The notes under the pieces were generated by a model. That model was given only the letters and a program-made list of their open reading frames with translations, was not told the origin of the DNA and made no database searches. This document shows positions 1 to 10,228 of a DNA stretch of 64,000 bases, one piece after another; positions within the stretch are counted from its first letter, which is position 1; every line of letters starts with the position of its first letter. The DNA is taken from NCBI GenBank assembly GCA_963811145.1, contig CAWEQC010000003.1, positions 785,511 to 849,510 on the forward strand, read 5' to 3'. Origin of the DNA: an uncultured Chloroflexia bacterium. GTDB taxonomy: Bacteria; Chloroflexota; Limnocylindria; QHBO01. Made by a program: the position numbers and the translations under genes.

Positions 1-377
1 AGGCAGATCTGGACGGTCGCGGCGTCGGGCAGCTTGTTGTAGTACTCGACCGGCTTCAGCGTCTTCTCGTCCCGGTACAGGCCGATGTGCCAGACCTCCG
101 CGATCGGCAGCAGCTCGAGCATCGCGTCGACCATGCCGAGGCCGGCTCGCAGGATCGGGATCAGGCCGACCCTCGGCTCGAGACTCGCCGCGGTCATCGG
201 CTCGAGCGGCGTCTCGATCGGCTCCGGGCGGGTGGCGAGGTCGGCCATCGCCTCGTAGCCGAGCAGCCAGGTCAGCTCGCGGACCAGCTCGCGGAACTTC
301 TTCGGCTCCGTCGTCTTGTCGCGGAGGATGGCGAGCTTGTGCGCCACGAGCGGGTGGCTGCTGCGGTGGAGTGACAT
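1..377 (-). CDS. upp: Uracil phosphoribosyltransferase (3' end runs off the window)
   Basis: Manual minus-strand translation from ATG at 377: MSLHRSSHPLVAHKLAILRDKTTEPKKFRELVRELTWLLGYEA..., later PILRAGLGM and HIGLYRDEKTLKPVEYYNKLP, which are UPRTase signatures. Confidence 0.93.
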   Translation of the reverse strand, partial: MSLHRSSHPLVAHKLAILRDKTTEPKKFRELVRELTWLLGYEAMADLATRPEPIETPLEPMTAASLEPRVGLIPILRAGLGMVDAMLELLPIAEVWHIGLYRDEKTLKPVEYYNKLPDAATVQIC

Positions 378-387
378 CGGCGCGATT

Positions 388-552
388 CTAGTCCGCGCGA
401 TCGGTCCGTCGTTGGTCGGCGTGCTGGGGGAGGTTGCCGGCCTTCCTCATCGTGATCCCGGTCGCGGCCGCCACGATCGCGCTCACGTCGCGCAGCCGCG
501 TCGCCCGCGTCCGAGGCCGGCGGACGGGTACGCGTCCTGCGGTTCTGGCCAT
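388..552 (-). CDS. Possible small basic protein (54 aa)
   Basis: ATG at 552 gives MARTAGRVPVRRPRTRATRLRDVSAIVAAATG..., stop at 388. It fills the gap between upp and the bactofilin gene; no recognisable homology. Confidence 0.25.
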   Translation of the reverse strand: MARTAGRVPVRRPRTRATRLRDVSAIVAAATGITMRKAGNLPQHADQRRTDRAD

Positions 553-671
553 GGAACTACCTTGGGTGGCGGCATGCTGGTAGGCTATCGGTCCCAGCAC
601 GACCCGATTCGCTGCACGGACCATGTGGCCCGCTCGTCGCGCGGATCCGCCACCTAGGAGGTTAGAAGAGC

Positions 672-1313
672 ATGGTCTTCGGATCAAAGCGTGAAACCAA
701 GCCGGACAGCCTCTCGCGCGAGGATGTGGTCGGGAACCTGTATCCGGATAGCCTGACGAGTGAGGTCGACGTGGCACAGTCACCCAGCGAGTTCCCCCGC
801 CGCGATGATCGCGGCAACGAGAGCGTCATCGATCCGCACGCCCGCTTCAATGGCAAGTACGTCAGCGACCGCGATCTCCGGATCGAGGGCGAGGCGCAGG
901 GCGAGATCGAGTGCCAGGGGACACTGATCATCAGTCCACAGGCCCGTGTCCGCAGCGCGATCAAGGCCCACAACGTGGTCGTCAACGGCGACTACGAGGG
1001 CGACGTCGATTGCGGCGGTCGGTTCGAGATCGGCTCGACCGGTCGGGTGAAGGGCAACATCAAGACGCAGGTGCTCGTGGTCAAGGAGGGCGCCCACTGG
1101 GAGGGCGGCGTGACCATGACGCGTGAGCCCGGCGCACGCCCCGCCCCAGGACAGCAGCCCGGGCAGTCTGGACAGCCCGCGCAGGCTGGCGCCCAGGCCT
1201 CCAAGCCGGGCGGCGCCAGCATCTTCAGCAAGGGCGAGCGCGACGGCGAGAAGGCCGGCGCCGAGCAGCGAGAGGGCCAGCCGGCCGGACAGGGCGGTGG
1301 CGGCGGGCAGTAG
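672..1313 (+). CDS. Bactofilin (polymer-forming cytoskeletal protein)
   Basis: RBS AGGAGG upstream; beta-helical repeats (DLRIEGEAQGEIEC, VVVNGDYEGDVDC, GRVKGNIKTQVLVVKEGAHWEG); disordered G/Q-rich tail. Confidence 0.88.
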   Translation: MVFGSKRETKPDSLSREDVVGNLYPDSLTSEVDVAQSPSEFPRRDDRGNESVIDPHARFNGKYVSDRDLRIEGEAQGEIECQGTLIISPQARVRSAIKAHNVVVNGDYEGDVDCGGRFEIGSTGRVKGNIKTQVLVVKEGAHWEGGVTMTREPGARPAPGQQPGQSGQPAQAGAQASKPGGASIFSKGERDGEKAGAEQREGQPAGQGGGGGQ

Positions 1314-1367
1314 GCCCACCGTCACGCCGACCCGGTCATCGCCCCCGGTTCCGCGCCCGCCGTCCAC

Positions 1368-2456
1368 GTGACCGCGACACGCGGGCAGGCGGCTCGCCGC
1401 TCTGCGGCCGCGCCGCCCGTGCTGGTCGAGGTCACGCGCGGCGACAGGGTCGAGTCAGCACATCGCGGCTCGATCGCCGTCGTCGCTCCGGACGGCACGC
1501 CGATCGTCTCGGCCGGTGACCCCGACCAGTTCATCTTTCTGCGCTCGAGCGCCAAGCCCTTCCAGCTCGCGGCGTTCGTCGCGTCCGGCCGGTTCGACGA
1601 GTACGAGCTCGGCACCGAGGCGCTCGCGATCATGGCGGCGAGCCACAGCGGCGAGGATCGCCACGTCCGCCTCGTCCAGGAGATCCTGCGGCGAGCGGGA
1701 CTGACCAGCGGCGTGCTCCAGAACCAGGTCCACGCGCCCTACGATGCCGAGACCGCGCAGCGACTGGTCCGCGACGGGGAGCAGCCGACGGTCCTGCGCG
1801 GCAACTGCTCCGGGAAGCACGCCGGGATGGTGCTGTTCGCGAAGGCCTCGGGCTGGCCGATCGACAGCTACTGGCACCCCGGTCATCCGGTCCAGCGCCT
1901 CGCGCTGGAGACGGTCTCGGCGCTCTCCGACGTCCCGATCGAGGAGATCGTGACCGCGACGGACGGTTGCGGTGTGGTCTCGTTCGGCATGCCGTTGCGC
2001 GGCCTCGCCCTCGCGTTCTCCCGCCTTGCGGATCCGTCTGCCGTCGCCGATCCGCCGCTGCGATCGGCGCTGACCCGCATCCGGGACGCGATGATGGCCC
2101 ATCCCGAGCTGGTCGGTGGCGAACGGCGCCGAATCGACACGGCGCTCATGCGAGCCTATCCGAAGCGAATCGTGAGCAAGGGCGGAGCCGAGGGCGTCCT
2201 GGCGATGGGCCTGCCACCTGGCGCACTCCCGTCGCAGGCGCGCCACGGTGACGGGCCGATGGGGATCGCGGCGGCGATCGAGGACGGCAACCTCGCTCGC
2301 CGGGCCGGCGACGCGACCGCTGTCGAGATCCTGCGGCAGCTCGGCCTGGCGAGCGACCCACTGCCGGGAACGCTGGCCGAGTACGCGTCGCCCGCGATCC
2401 TCGACCCGAGGGGCGAGCGAGCCGGCAGCGTGCGCGCCGCCTTCCGGCTCACCTGA
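1368..2456 (+). CDS. L-asparaginase II family protein (Rhizobium etli AnsA type)
   Basis: Motifs VESAHRG, RSSAKPFQ, ASHSGE, NCSGKHAGM, DGCG, KGGAEG. Confidence 0.88.
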   Translation: MTATRGQAARRSAAAPPVLVEVTRGDRVESAHRGSIAVVAPDGTPIVSAGDPDQFIFLRSSAKPFQLAAFVASGRFDEYELGTEALAIMAASHSGEDRHVRLVQEILRRAGLTSGVLQNQVHAPYDAETAQRLVRDGEQPTVLRGNCSGKHAGMVLFAKASGWPIDSYWHPGHPVQRLALETVSALSDVPIEEIVTATDGCGVVSFGMPLRGLALAFSRLADPSAVADPPLRSALTRIRDAMMAHPELVGGERRRIDTALMRAYPKRIVSKGGAEGVLAMGLPPGALPSQARHGDGPMGIAAAIEDGNLARRAGDATAVEILRQLGLASDPLPGTLAEYASPAILDPRGERAGSVRAAFRLT

Positions 2457-2460
2457 GGCT

Positions 2461-3195
2461 TCAGGGGAGGGCGTCGCGAACGAGGCTGGCGATGCGCACG
2501 AAGATCGGCGCGAGCAGCAACGCCGGCAGGAAGCTCGCCACGCGCACCTGCTTGAGCTCCAGCAGCCGCAGCGCGACCCCGACCAGGATGATGCCGCCGG
2601 CCGACGTGATGGCCAGGATGGTTCGCTCGTCCATGGCGTCGCGGAGCAGGAAAGCACCCGCCGCGATGCCGCCCTGGACGACCAGCACCGTGATGGCCGC
2701 GAGCGCAACGCCCGCCCCCAGCGTGGCGGCAAACGCGACGCTTGCCACGCCGTCGAGGAGCGACTTGATCGCGAGCAGCTGGACGTCGCCGGTGAGGCCG
2801 TTCGCGATCGACCCGAGGATCGTGAGCGGACCGACGCAGAAGACGAGGCTCGCCGTGACGAACCCTTCGGCCACCCTGCTCGGCCGATCGCGGCTCGCGA
2901 GCCGGCGCTGGAACCAGGCGCCGAGCGACTCGAGGCCGTCGTGCAGGCGCAGGATCTCACCAGCGGCGACGCCGAGGAGCACGGCGCTGAGCACCGCCAG
3001 GTCGTCGCCCGGCTGGGCGGCCGGATCGGTGAAGATGCCGATGCCCATGCTGACACCCAGGAGTGCCGTGAACAGCCCGAGCCCCGTCGTGACGCTCGAC
3101 TGCATGCGGTCCGACATGCGGGCGCCCAGCACAAGGCCGATCAGCGTGCCGATCAGCACGGTCACGACGTTCAGGATGGTCCCGGTCAGGAACAT
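2461..3195 (-). CDS. DUF554 family membrane protein
   Basis: MFLTGTILNVVTVLIGT..., EGFVTASLVFCVGPLTILGS, KSLLDG motifs. Confidence 0.88.
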   Translation of the reverse strand: MFLTGTILNVVTVLIGTLIGLVLGARMSDRMQSSVTTGLGLFTALLGVSMGIGIFTDPAAQPGDDLAVLSAVLLGVAAGEILRLHDGLESLGAWFQRRLASRDRPSRVAEGFVTASLVFCVGPLTILGSIANGLTGDVQLLAIKSLLDGVASVAFAATLGAGVALAAITVLVVQGGIAAGAFLLRDAMDERTILAITSAGGIILVGVALRLLELKQVRVASFLPALLLAPIFVRIASLVRDALP

Positions 3196-3233
3196 TGGGC
3201 GGCATGCTGCATGCTCGGGGTAGGGTAGCGGCC

Positions 3234-3908
3234 GTGATTCGCCCGCGCGCCGCGATGGTCGGGTTCGTTGCCCTCGCTGGAGCACTGGCCGGATGCGCCA
3301 ACCAGGCAGAGGAGTCGGCCGTGCGCTACGTCGCGCTGGGGGACTCGTACACGATCGGCACCTCCGTGAGCGAGGAGGAGCGGTGGCCGAACCTGCTCGT
3401 CGAACGCGTCGAGGAGCTCGAGCTCGCCGGCAATCCCGCGGTCAACGGCTATACCTCGCTCGACCTGATCAACCATGAGCTGCCGGAGCTGGATCGGCTG
3501 CAGCCCGGGCTGGTCAGCGTGCTCATCGGTGTCAATGACGTCGTCCAGGGCGTCCCGGAGTCGCAGTACGCCGGGAACCTGGCCGTCATCCTGGAGGAGC
3601 TGCTGACGCGGCTGCCCGCCGGGCGGATCCTCTGCGTCGCGACCCCCGACTACACCGTCACGCCGAGCGGCGCGGCCTTCGGCGATCCGATCCAGCAACG
3701 CGAAGCGATCGTCCGGGCCAACGCGCTCATGCGTGATGCGTGCGAGAGCCGCGCGATCCGGTTCGTGCCCGAGATCTTCGAGATCAGCCGGGCGGCGCGG
3801 GACGACCGGTCGCTCGTGGCGGACGACGGCCTGCACCCGTCCGGCGTGCAGTACCGTCGTTGGGTGGACGTGATCGCGCCGGTCGTGGAGGAGCTCCTCC
3901 GGGATTGA
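3234..3908 (+). CDS. SGNH/GDSL hydrolase family lipoprotein (start uncertain)
   Basis: Lipobox-like LAGC; block I ALGDSYT; IGVND; DGLHP catalytic motif. Confidence 0.85.
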   Translation: MIRPRAAMVGFVALAGALAGCANQAEESAVRYVALGDSYTIGTSVSEEERWPNLLVERVEELELAGNPAVNGYTSLDLINHELPELDRLQPGLVSVLIGVNDVVQGVPESQYAGNLAVILEELLTRLPAGRILCVATPDYTVTPSGAAFGDPIQQREAIVRANALMRDACESRAIRFVPEIFEISRAARDDRSLVADDGLHPSGVQYRRWVDVIAPVVEELLRD

Positions 3909-6900
3909 CGACGGCGCCGTCCGGCTGGGTGAGCGGCAGGAGCCCATCGGCGCCGAGCGACTTCAGCAGGGCGATCACCTCGCCGGGTCCGATCGCATCG
4001 GGTGCCAGGTGCTGCTCGTCCAGCATGCAGAGCACGAGCTGGAGCGGCAGACCCAGCGTTTCCCAGGCCGAGCGGGCTCGGCGATAGTGCGAGTGGGCGT
4101 CCTGGCCGCTGATCGCGGCCAGCCCGGCGTCCATGGTCATCAGCGTCGCCTCGGTGGCGCGCCCCCACGTGCCGGACCCGCCCATGCCTGCGACAACGGC
4201 GGCCGCTGACTCTCGATCGCCTCCCCACAGCGCTGCGCGTGGAGCCAGCGCCCGCTGGTAGGCCGGATCGTTCCCGACGTACCCCTCGGTCGCCTCCTGG
4301 GCAAGGCGTCGCGCGGGCTCGAACTCTCCGGCGACGAACGCTGCCCAGGCGCGCGCCTGTCGCACGCCGGCGACCACCTGGCGGTCGGTATCGGCCGGGA
4401 GCGGCTCGAGCTCGTCGAGGGTGTCCATCGCGTCGGGTGCCCCGCGAAGCGTCCGGATGATCGCGGCGGTGGCCGTCAGTACGATGCGAAACGTGTCGGC
4501 CATCCCGCGCTGCGTCAGCTCGTCGATCACCTCCAGGGCCCACTCCCAGTCGCCCGTCTCGATCGCCGCGGTGCTCGCGATGTCGGCGAGGGGTACCGCG
4601 ATGTCCCCCAGCCCCATCGCGGTCGCCAGCTCCAGTCCCAGCCGGGCGGTCTCCATGGCCGCCCGCGGATCGTCGCCGAGCAGCGCCCATGCCTCGTTGT
4701 TGCGCGCCCGAAGCTCGGTGTGCAGCAGTCCGGCCTCCTGCGCCTGCGCGATCGCGGCGCGCAGGTCGGCAAGTCCGGCCTCCTCCTCTCCGAGAGCGAA
4801 CATCGCGGTCCCGCGCGTCACGCGGAGATCGGTCGCGATGCCGGTCAGCTCGAGGTGCTGTGCCGCGGCCAGCGCGCGGTCGGCCCACGTCAGGGCCTCG
4901 CGATCGTCGCCCACCAGCGTCCGCGCGCGCGCGAGCTCCGCCGCCAGGGCCACGCCCGAAGGGTCGGCTTCCCAGTTGCGCACGGCGCGGATGGCGGCCT
5001 CGAGCTCCGCCAGAGCCGGCTCGTTGCGCTGAGCGGAGAGCATCACGCTGGCGAGCCGCGCACGGGATCGGGCTGCCTCCTGTGGCTGGCCCGCGGCGCT
5101 CTGGAGCTCGATCAGCTCCCGCAGATACTCCTCCGCGACCTCCAGGCGGCCGGCCGCCTGCGCAGAGTCTGCTGCCTCCCCCAGAAGCATCGGTCTCTGC
5201 CCGACTGCCCCCACGCGTAGAGCGGTCTGGAGCAGGCCGAGCGCGCGCTCGGGAACGTGCAGCGCCATCGCGCCACGGGCCGCGCTGCGGAGCGCGGCAA
5301 CCGCGCGTCGCCCGAGGCGATCCGCCTCACGGGATTGGGCGGTGAGCTGATGCGCCTCGACCAGATGGCCTGCCAGCTGTTCGGCGACGTCGTCATCGAG
5401 CGCCTCGAGGTAACGAGCCGCCGCCAGGTGGAGCGCGCGCCGTTCCGTCCTCGCGAGCGTGTGGTAGGCCACCTCGCGCACCAGGTCCTGCACGAAGCCG
5501 AGCTCCCCGTGACCGGGGGAGCTGAGCTCATCGTTGACGGCCAGCAGCTCGCGGCGAAGGAGGCCATCCGTGAGCTCGCGCGTGCGGGCCGCATCTCCCC
5601 CTGCCACCGTGACCAGCGCGTCCGGGCGGAAGCGGTGTCCGAGCACGGCCGCGGCGAGCAGGAGCCGTCGTTCGTCCGGTGGCAGCGAGTCGATCCGTGC
5701 CGCAATCAGCCCGTGGAGCGAATCGGGCACATCGATCTGGCCCACCTGCGTCCCACCTGCGCCGGCCGCCGGGCGGCGGTCGCTCAGCATTCGCGCGACC
5801 TCGACCGCGTAGAGCGGGACGCCGCCGGCGTGCTCGAGAATCGGCTGAACGAGGCCACGCGGCAGATCGGGCGCGCGCAGCGCGAGCAGCTCGCGCATCG
5901 CGTCGTCGGGCAGGCGCTCCAGGCTGATGGCGGTGAAGCTGCCGGCCCCGGCGCCCCACGACGGGTGATGGTCGAGGAGCTCGGGGCGCGCCAGCGCGAG
6001 GATGAAGATCGGGTGCGACCTCGACCACGTCGCCATGTGCTCGATGAAGTCGACCAGGCTGGGATCGGCCCATTGGAGGTCCTCGAAGACGAGGACGACC
6101 GGCGTCCGCTCCGACAGCCGCTCGAAGAACCGCCGCCAGGCAGCGAAGAGCTCGTCGCGATCGAAGGCGCCGGCATCCTCCCGTCCCAGCAACGTCGCGA
6201 GCCGCGGCTCGATCCAGTGTCGTTCGGCGTCGTTGCGGATGAGCTCCTCGAGCGCGATTCCCAGCTGCCGTCGGGCGAGCTCGGGCGGCGCGCCATCCCC
6301 GATGCGGGCGCGCCGGCGGATCATCTGGGCGACGGCGGAGAACGCGATCCCCTCCCCGTAGGCCAGCGCCCGGCCGTCGTGCCATGCGATCTCGTCGGGA
6401 TGCTCGTCGACCCATCGGTCAAGCTCCCACGCCAGCCGGCTCTTGCCGATTCCGGCGATGCCGGTCACCGACACCAGGCGGCTGCGACCGTCGCGCATCA
6501 CGGCGCTGAGCAGGCCGGTCAGCTCGTCGAGCTCGCGATCGCGCCCGACCAGGCGCCCGGTGTGCACGCCGCTGCTTCCGCCGGCGGTACCGTGCTCGGC
6601 GCTCGTCGCCCGGAAGGCCTCGAGCCTGCCGGTCCTGCCCTTGAGCTGAAGCGATCCGACCCGCCGATACGACGCCGAGGTCGCCGCCCGGTCGCGAGTG
6701 GTCCTGTCGACCAGCACGCCGCCGACGGGCGCTCGACTCTGGAGACGCGCTGCCACGTTCACGAGGTCGCCGGCGACCATGCCCTGGCCCGTGGCGCCGA
6801 TCGTGACCGCGGCCTCCCCGGTCGTCACGGCGGCGCGGCTGCGCAGAGCTCGACCCGATGCGGCTCCGCCCATTCGATCGACCGCGTAGACGATGGCCAG

Positions 6901-7344
6901 TGCCGCGCGCACAGCCCTCTCGGCATCATCCTCGTGGGCGAGGGGCGCGCCCCAGACGGCCATCACCGCGTCGCCGATGAACTTCTCGATCGTGCCCGCG
7001 TACGTCGCGACGATCGATCGCGCCACCTCGAAGTAGCGCGACTGAACGGAGCGCACCTCCTCGGGGTCCATCGACTCGGCCAGCGCCGTGAAGTTGGCAA
7101 GGTCGACGAACAGCACCGAGATGCGACGCCGTTCCGCCACCGGAACGGGCTCGGCGTCCGCTGGCTCGCTCGCGGGTTTCGAGTCGCGGGGCGCCCATAC
7201 CGGCTTGCCACATGAGATGCAGAACCGTGCATTGGACGTGAGCTCGGCACCGCAGTGCGGGCACGCCCGGGCGAGCATGCTCCCGCATGACGCGCAGAAC
7301 TGCGCCGCCTCCGGGTTATTCGATTCGCACGACGGGCATCGCAT
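3784..7344 (-). CDS. Double zinc-ribbon, class III adenylate/guanylate cyclase, STAND AAA ATPase and TPR-like protein
   Basis: Four N-terminal CxxC pairs; LFVDLANFT, EKFIGDAVMAVWG, GDLVNVAARLQ; Walker A GIAGIGKS; Walker B VFEDLQWAD; GGVPLY; helical C-terminus. Confidence 0.9.
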   Translation of the reverse strand: MRCPSCESNNPEAAQFCASCGSMLARACPHCGAELTSNARFCISCGKPVWAPRDSKPASEPADAEPVPVAERRRISVLFVDLANFTALAESMDPEEVRSVQSRYFEVARSIVATYAGTIEKFIGDAVMAVWGAPLAHEDDAERAVRAALAIVYAVDRMGGAASGRALRSRAAVTTGEAAVTIGATGQGMVAGDLVNVAARLQSRAPVGGVLVDRTTRDRAATSASYRRVGSLQLKGRTGRLEAFRATSAEHGTAGGSSGVHTGRLVGRDRELDELTGLLSAVMRDGRSRLVSVTGIAGIGKSRLAWELDRWVDEHPDEIAWHDGRALAYGEGIAFSAVAQMIRRRARIGDGAPPELARRQLGIALEELIRNDAERHWIEPRLATLLGREDAGAFDRDELFAAWRRFFERLSERTPVVLVFEDLQWADPSLVDFIEHMATWSRSHPIFILALARPELLDHHPSWGAGAGSFTAISLERLPDDAMRELLALRAPDLPRGLVQPILEHAGGVPLYAVEVARMLSDRRPAAGAGGTQVGQIDVPDSLHGLIAARIDSLPPDERRLLLAAAVLGHRFRPDALVTVAGGDAARTRELTDGLLRRELLAVNDELSSPGHGELGFVQDLVREVAYHTLARTERRALHLAAARYLEALDDDVAEQLAGHLVEAHQLTAQSREADRLGRRAVAALRSAARGAMALHVPERALGLLQTALRVGAVGQRPMLLGEAADSAQAAGRLEVAEEYLRELIELQSAAGQPQEAARSRARLASVMLSAQRNEPALAELEAAIRAVRNWEADPSGVALAAELARARTLVGDDREALTWADRALAAAQHLELTGIATDLRVTRGTAMFALGEEEAGLADLRAAIAQAQEAGLLHTELRARNNEAWALLGDDPRAAMETARLGLELATAMGLGDIAVPLADIASTAAIETGDWEWALEVIDELTQRGMADTFRIVLTATAAIIRTLRGAPDAMDTLDELEPLPADTDRQVVAGVRQARAWAAFVAGEFEPARRLAQEATEGYVGNDPAYQRALAPRAALWGGDRESAAAVVAGMGGSGTWGRATEATLMTMDAGLAAISGQDAHSHYRRARSAWETLGLPLQLVLCMLDEQHLAPDAIGPGEVIALLKSLGADGLLPLTQPDGAVVNPGGAPPRPARSRPPNDGTARRTGAGRRPPRATGRPAPPG

Positions 7345-7384
7345 GAGCCACCTGCCACCGCGGGCGGGTCAGCGCCCTCGGTCG

Positions 7385-7906
7385 TTACCTGTCGGCCGGG
7401 TCATCATCCGGATGCGGGTGCTTGTAGATCATCTGCCCGGCTCGCGCGCCATCCTCCATCACGAGCACGCTCTGCTTCCAGCGCGCCAGGGTGTTGTCGT
7501 GGTTGATGACGAAGGTCGCGATGTTCGCCAGCTCCGGTCCCGGGTAGCGCTCGACGGAGCCCTGGATGTCGAGGTCCTCGGGCAGCCGGCCACCTGGGCC
7601 GGGCCCCTTTCGGTTGTCGGCATCCAGCGTGCGGCCCGGCTTGTGCAGGGCCCACTCGGACTCGCGCGTGCTGCTCTTGAACATCGCGAACGAGATGCTG
7701 ATCGAGTCGCCCGTGTCGACGAAGGCTCTCAGGACGGGGTTCTGGTCCAGCGCCTCTTCCCTGAACAACGAAGCGTCGTTGATCCTGAAGTAGGTGTTGT
7801 ACCCGTCTGCCGATCCGGCCCTGTCGTCGCCGGGCAGGTCCGCGCCCCGCGGGAACTGATCGTAGAGCTCGTTCTCGGGCTCCAGGTTGTCGCCGTTGAT
7901 GACCAT
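7385..7906 (-). CDS. Hypothetical protein (173 aa)
   Basis: RBS GGAGGA before ATG 7906; MVINGDNLEPENELYDQFPRG... with normal codon usage; the upstream part of the ORF-track call is the antisense shadow of gltX. Confidence 0.7.
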   Translation of the reverse strand: MVINGDNLEPENELYDQFPRGADLPGDDRAGSADGYNTYFRINDASLFREEALDQNPVLRAFVDTGDSISISFAMFKSSTRESEWALHKPGRTLDADNRKGPGPGGRLPEDLDIQGSVERYPGPELANIATFVINHDNTLARWKQSVLVMEDGARAGQMIYKHPHPDDDPADR

Positions 7907-7993
7907 GCTCGGGTCCTCCGGTGTTGGAGAGGCGATGATAGGTGCGGCACGTGGCGATGCATACCCCCGCGGCCGGCCTGCTAGCATCGGTGG

Positions 7994-9475
7994 ATGGATC
8001 GGCCGATGCGCGTGCGAATGGCGCCCAGCCCGACCGGACCGCTGCACATCGGTACCGCCCGCACGAGCCTCTACAACTACCTGACCGCGCGTCATGGCGG
8101 CGGGACGTACGTCCTGCGCATCGAGGACACCGATACCGTCCGCAACACGGTCGAGTACGAGCACGACATCATCGACGGGCTGCACTGGCTCGGGATCACC
8201 TGGGACGAAGGCCCGCAGGTCGCCGAAGGGGAAGACGTCGGCCCGTACGCCCCCTATCGGCAGAGCGCACGGATGGAGCTCTATGCGCGTGAGGCCGATC
8301 GGCTGCTCGAAGCCGGTGGCGCGTATCGGTGCTGGTGCACGCCGGAGGAGCTTGACGCCGTTCGGAAGCAGCAAGAGGCCGCAAAGGAGCCACCACGCTA
8401 CAACGGTCGCTGCCTGAACCTGACCGATGCGGAGCGGGCCGCCTTCATCGCCGAGGATCGCCCATCGGTCATTCGCTTCAGGGTCACGCCGGAGGTCATC
8501 CGCTTCGACGACCTGGTCCGCGGCGAGGTCGAGTTCGACAACGCGCTGCTCGGCGACTTCGTGATCGTGCGCAACGACGGGGTGCCGCTCTACCACTTCG
8601 CGGTGGTGGTCGACGACGAGGCGATGGAGATCACCCACGTCATCCGTGGCGAGGACCACCTGTCGAATACGCCGAAGCACATCGCGCTCATCCGGGCGCT
8701 CGGCTACCAGGAGCCTCGCTTCGGCCACATCCCGCTCATCCTGAATCCGGACCGCAGCAAGATGAGCAAGCGCAAGGTCCAGACTGCGATGACCGCCTAC
8801 CGCGAGGAGGGCTACCTCCCCGAGGCGTTCGTGAACTTCCTTGCCTTCCTCGGCTGGTCGCCGGGTACCGAGGAGGAGATCTTCACCCTGGAGGAGCTTG
8901 CCGCGCGCTTCGACATCACGAAGGTCCACCACGGCGGCGCCGTGTTCGACCGGGACCGGCTCGACCACCTCAACGGCGTCTATATCCGCGCCATGTCGGA
9001 TGAGCAGCTGGCGCTGCGCCTGCGAGCGTGGGTGCCGGAGGCGATCCGCGACGACGACCTGCTCCGGCTGGTGCCGCTCGTCAAGGAGCGGCTGGTGAAG
9101 CTGGGCGACGTGCCCGGCCTGCTCGGCTTCATTTGGGAGCCGGACGAGGTGGTGGCCAGCTGGTACGGCCCGGAGCTGCTCATCCCGAAGAAGGGCGGAC
9201 CCGATGGCGCCCGCGCCGCCCTCGAGGCAGCGCGGTCGGCGCTCGCCGAGCTCGACGACGCCGACTTCTCCGCCGACGTGCTGGAGCAGCGCTGCCGGGA
9301 GGCGGCCGAGGCCGCCGGCATGAAGGCCGGTGACTTCTTCCTGCCGATCCGGGTGGCAGTCACGGGTCGAACTGTCTCTCCGCCGCTCTTCGCGTCGCTC
9401 GAGATGCTCGGTCGCGAGCGTTCGCTGGCTCGCATCGAGCACGCCCTCGGACAGCTGACGCAGGTGCCCGCATGA
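7994..9475 (+). CDS. gltX: Glutamate--tRNA ligase
   Basis: RMAPSPTGPLHIG, LRIEDTD, HVIRGEDHLSNT, KMSKR, SPPLF. Confidence 0.96.
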   Translation: MDRPMRVRMAPSPTGPLHIGTARTSLYNYLTARHGGGTYVLRIEDTDTVRNTVEYEHDIIDGLHWLGITWDEGPQVAEGEDVGPYAPYRQSARMELYAREADRLLEAGGAYRCWCTPEELDAVRKQQEAAKEPPRYNGRCLNLTDAERAAFIAEDRPSVIRFRVTPEVIRFDDLVRGEVEFDNALLGDFVIVRNDGVPLYHFAVVVDDEAMEITHVIRGEDHLSNTPKHIALIRALGYQEPRFGHIPLILNPDRSKMSKRKVQTAMTAYREEGYLPEAFVNFLAFLGWSPGTEEEIFTLEELAARFDITKVHHGGAVFDRDRLDHLNGVYIRAMSDEQLALRLRAWVPEAIRDDDLLRLVPLVKERLVKLGDVPGLLGFIWEPDEVVASWYGPELLIPKKGGPDGARAALEAARSALAELDDADFSADVLEQRCREAAEAAGMKAGDFFLPIRVAVTGRTVSPPLFASLEMLGRERSLARIEHALGQLTQVPA

Positions 9476-10221
9476 GCGTCGACGAGCCGCTCCCCGGAGA
9501 GCTGGCGCCACGGCTCGACGCATTGATCGACGCCGAGCTGGTGGTGCCGATTCGGTCGTCGACCGGGGCCAATCCGGATCCGGAAGTGCTGGATGCAGAC
9601 GCGTTCCGCCACGGCACCGATGACGAGGGCGGTCGCTTCATCGCTGCCTTCAGCTCACCCTCGGCGCTCGTCGAGTTCGGCCCCCCGGGCAGCGACAGCA
9701 TCCGGATGCTGGCGCGTGACCTGTTCGAGCGTGCGGATGCAGTCCAGGAGCGGGTGGTGGTCGACCCCGGCGCGCCGACGCAGGTCGAGGTGGCGGTCGG
9801 CGTCCTGCCCTTCCTGGCGGCCGGCATCGATCCCAACCGTCCCGATGTCCAGCGCTCGCGGCGACCGCTCGGCGACCTCCCTGTGCTCGAGGCGCCGGAG
9901 CAGATCCCGGAGCCATTCGGGCGCGAGCTCCACGGCGCACTGGCGGACCTTCCGCATGTCGAGCGTGCCTGGCTGCTTCGGGCCGGAACAGCGTGGACGG
10001 CGGGGGTGCAGCTGCATCCCGATGCACTGCTCGCCGATTTCGACGCGGTGCGCAACCGCCTGCACGCGGTGGCAACCGAGCACCTCGGGTCGCGGCGGCT
10101 GCTTGCCGTGACCGACCTGCGCGCGCAGTCGTTGCGGGACGCGTACGACGCCACGGCCGCCCCGTTCTACGTGCGTCACCAGGATCGAAAGGGCATCCTC
10201 TCCCGCCTCTTCGGCGGTTGA
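9472..10221 (+). CDS. SseB-like family protein
   Basis: N-domain pattern (LVVP...FIAAFSS...VVVDPG) and C-domain pattern (VERAWL...PFY...LSRLFG); ATGA overlap with gltX. Confidence 0.6.
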   Translation: MSVDEPLPGELAPRLDALIDAELVVPIRSSTGANPDPEVLDADAFRHGTDDEGGRFIAAFSSPSALVEFGPPGSDSIRMLARDLFERADAVQERVVVDPGAPTQVEVAVGVLPFLAAGIDPNRPDVQRSRRPLGDLPVLEAPEQIPEPFGRELHGALADLPHVERAWLLRAGTAWTAGVQLHPDALLADFDAVRNRLHAVATEHLGSRRLLAVTDLRAQSLRDAYDATAAPFYVRHQDRKGILSRLFGG

Positions 10222-10228
10222 CGCGCGC

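Noticed and set aside
3784-7344. Cyclase-STAND protein as an Avs/CBASS-like defence system
   Set aside because: The architecture matches the widespread signalling cyclase-ATPase-TPR family, and no nuclease, TIR, SIR2 or CARF effector is adjacent.
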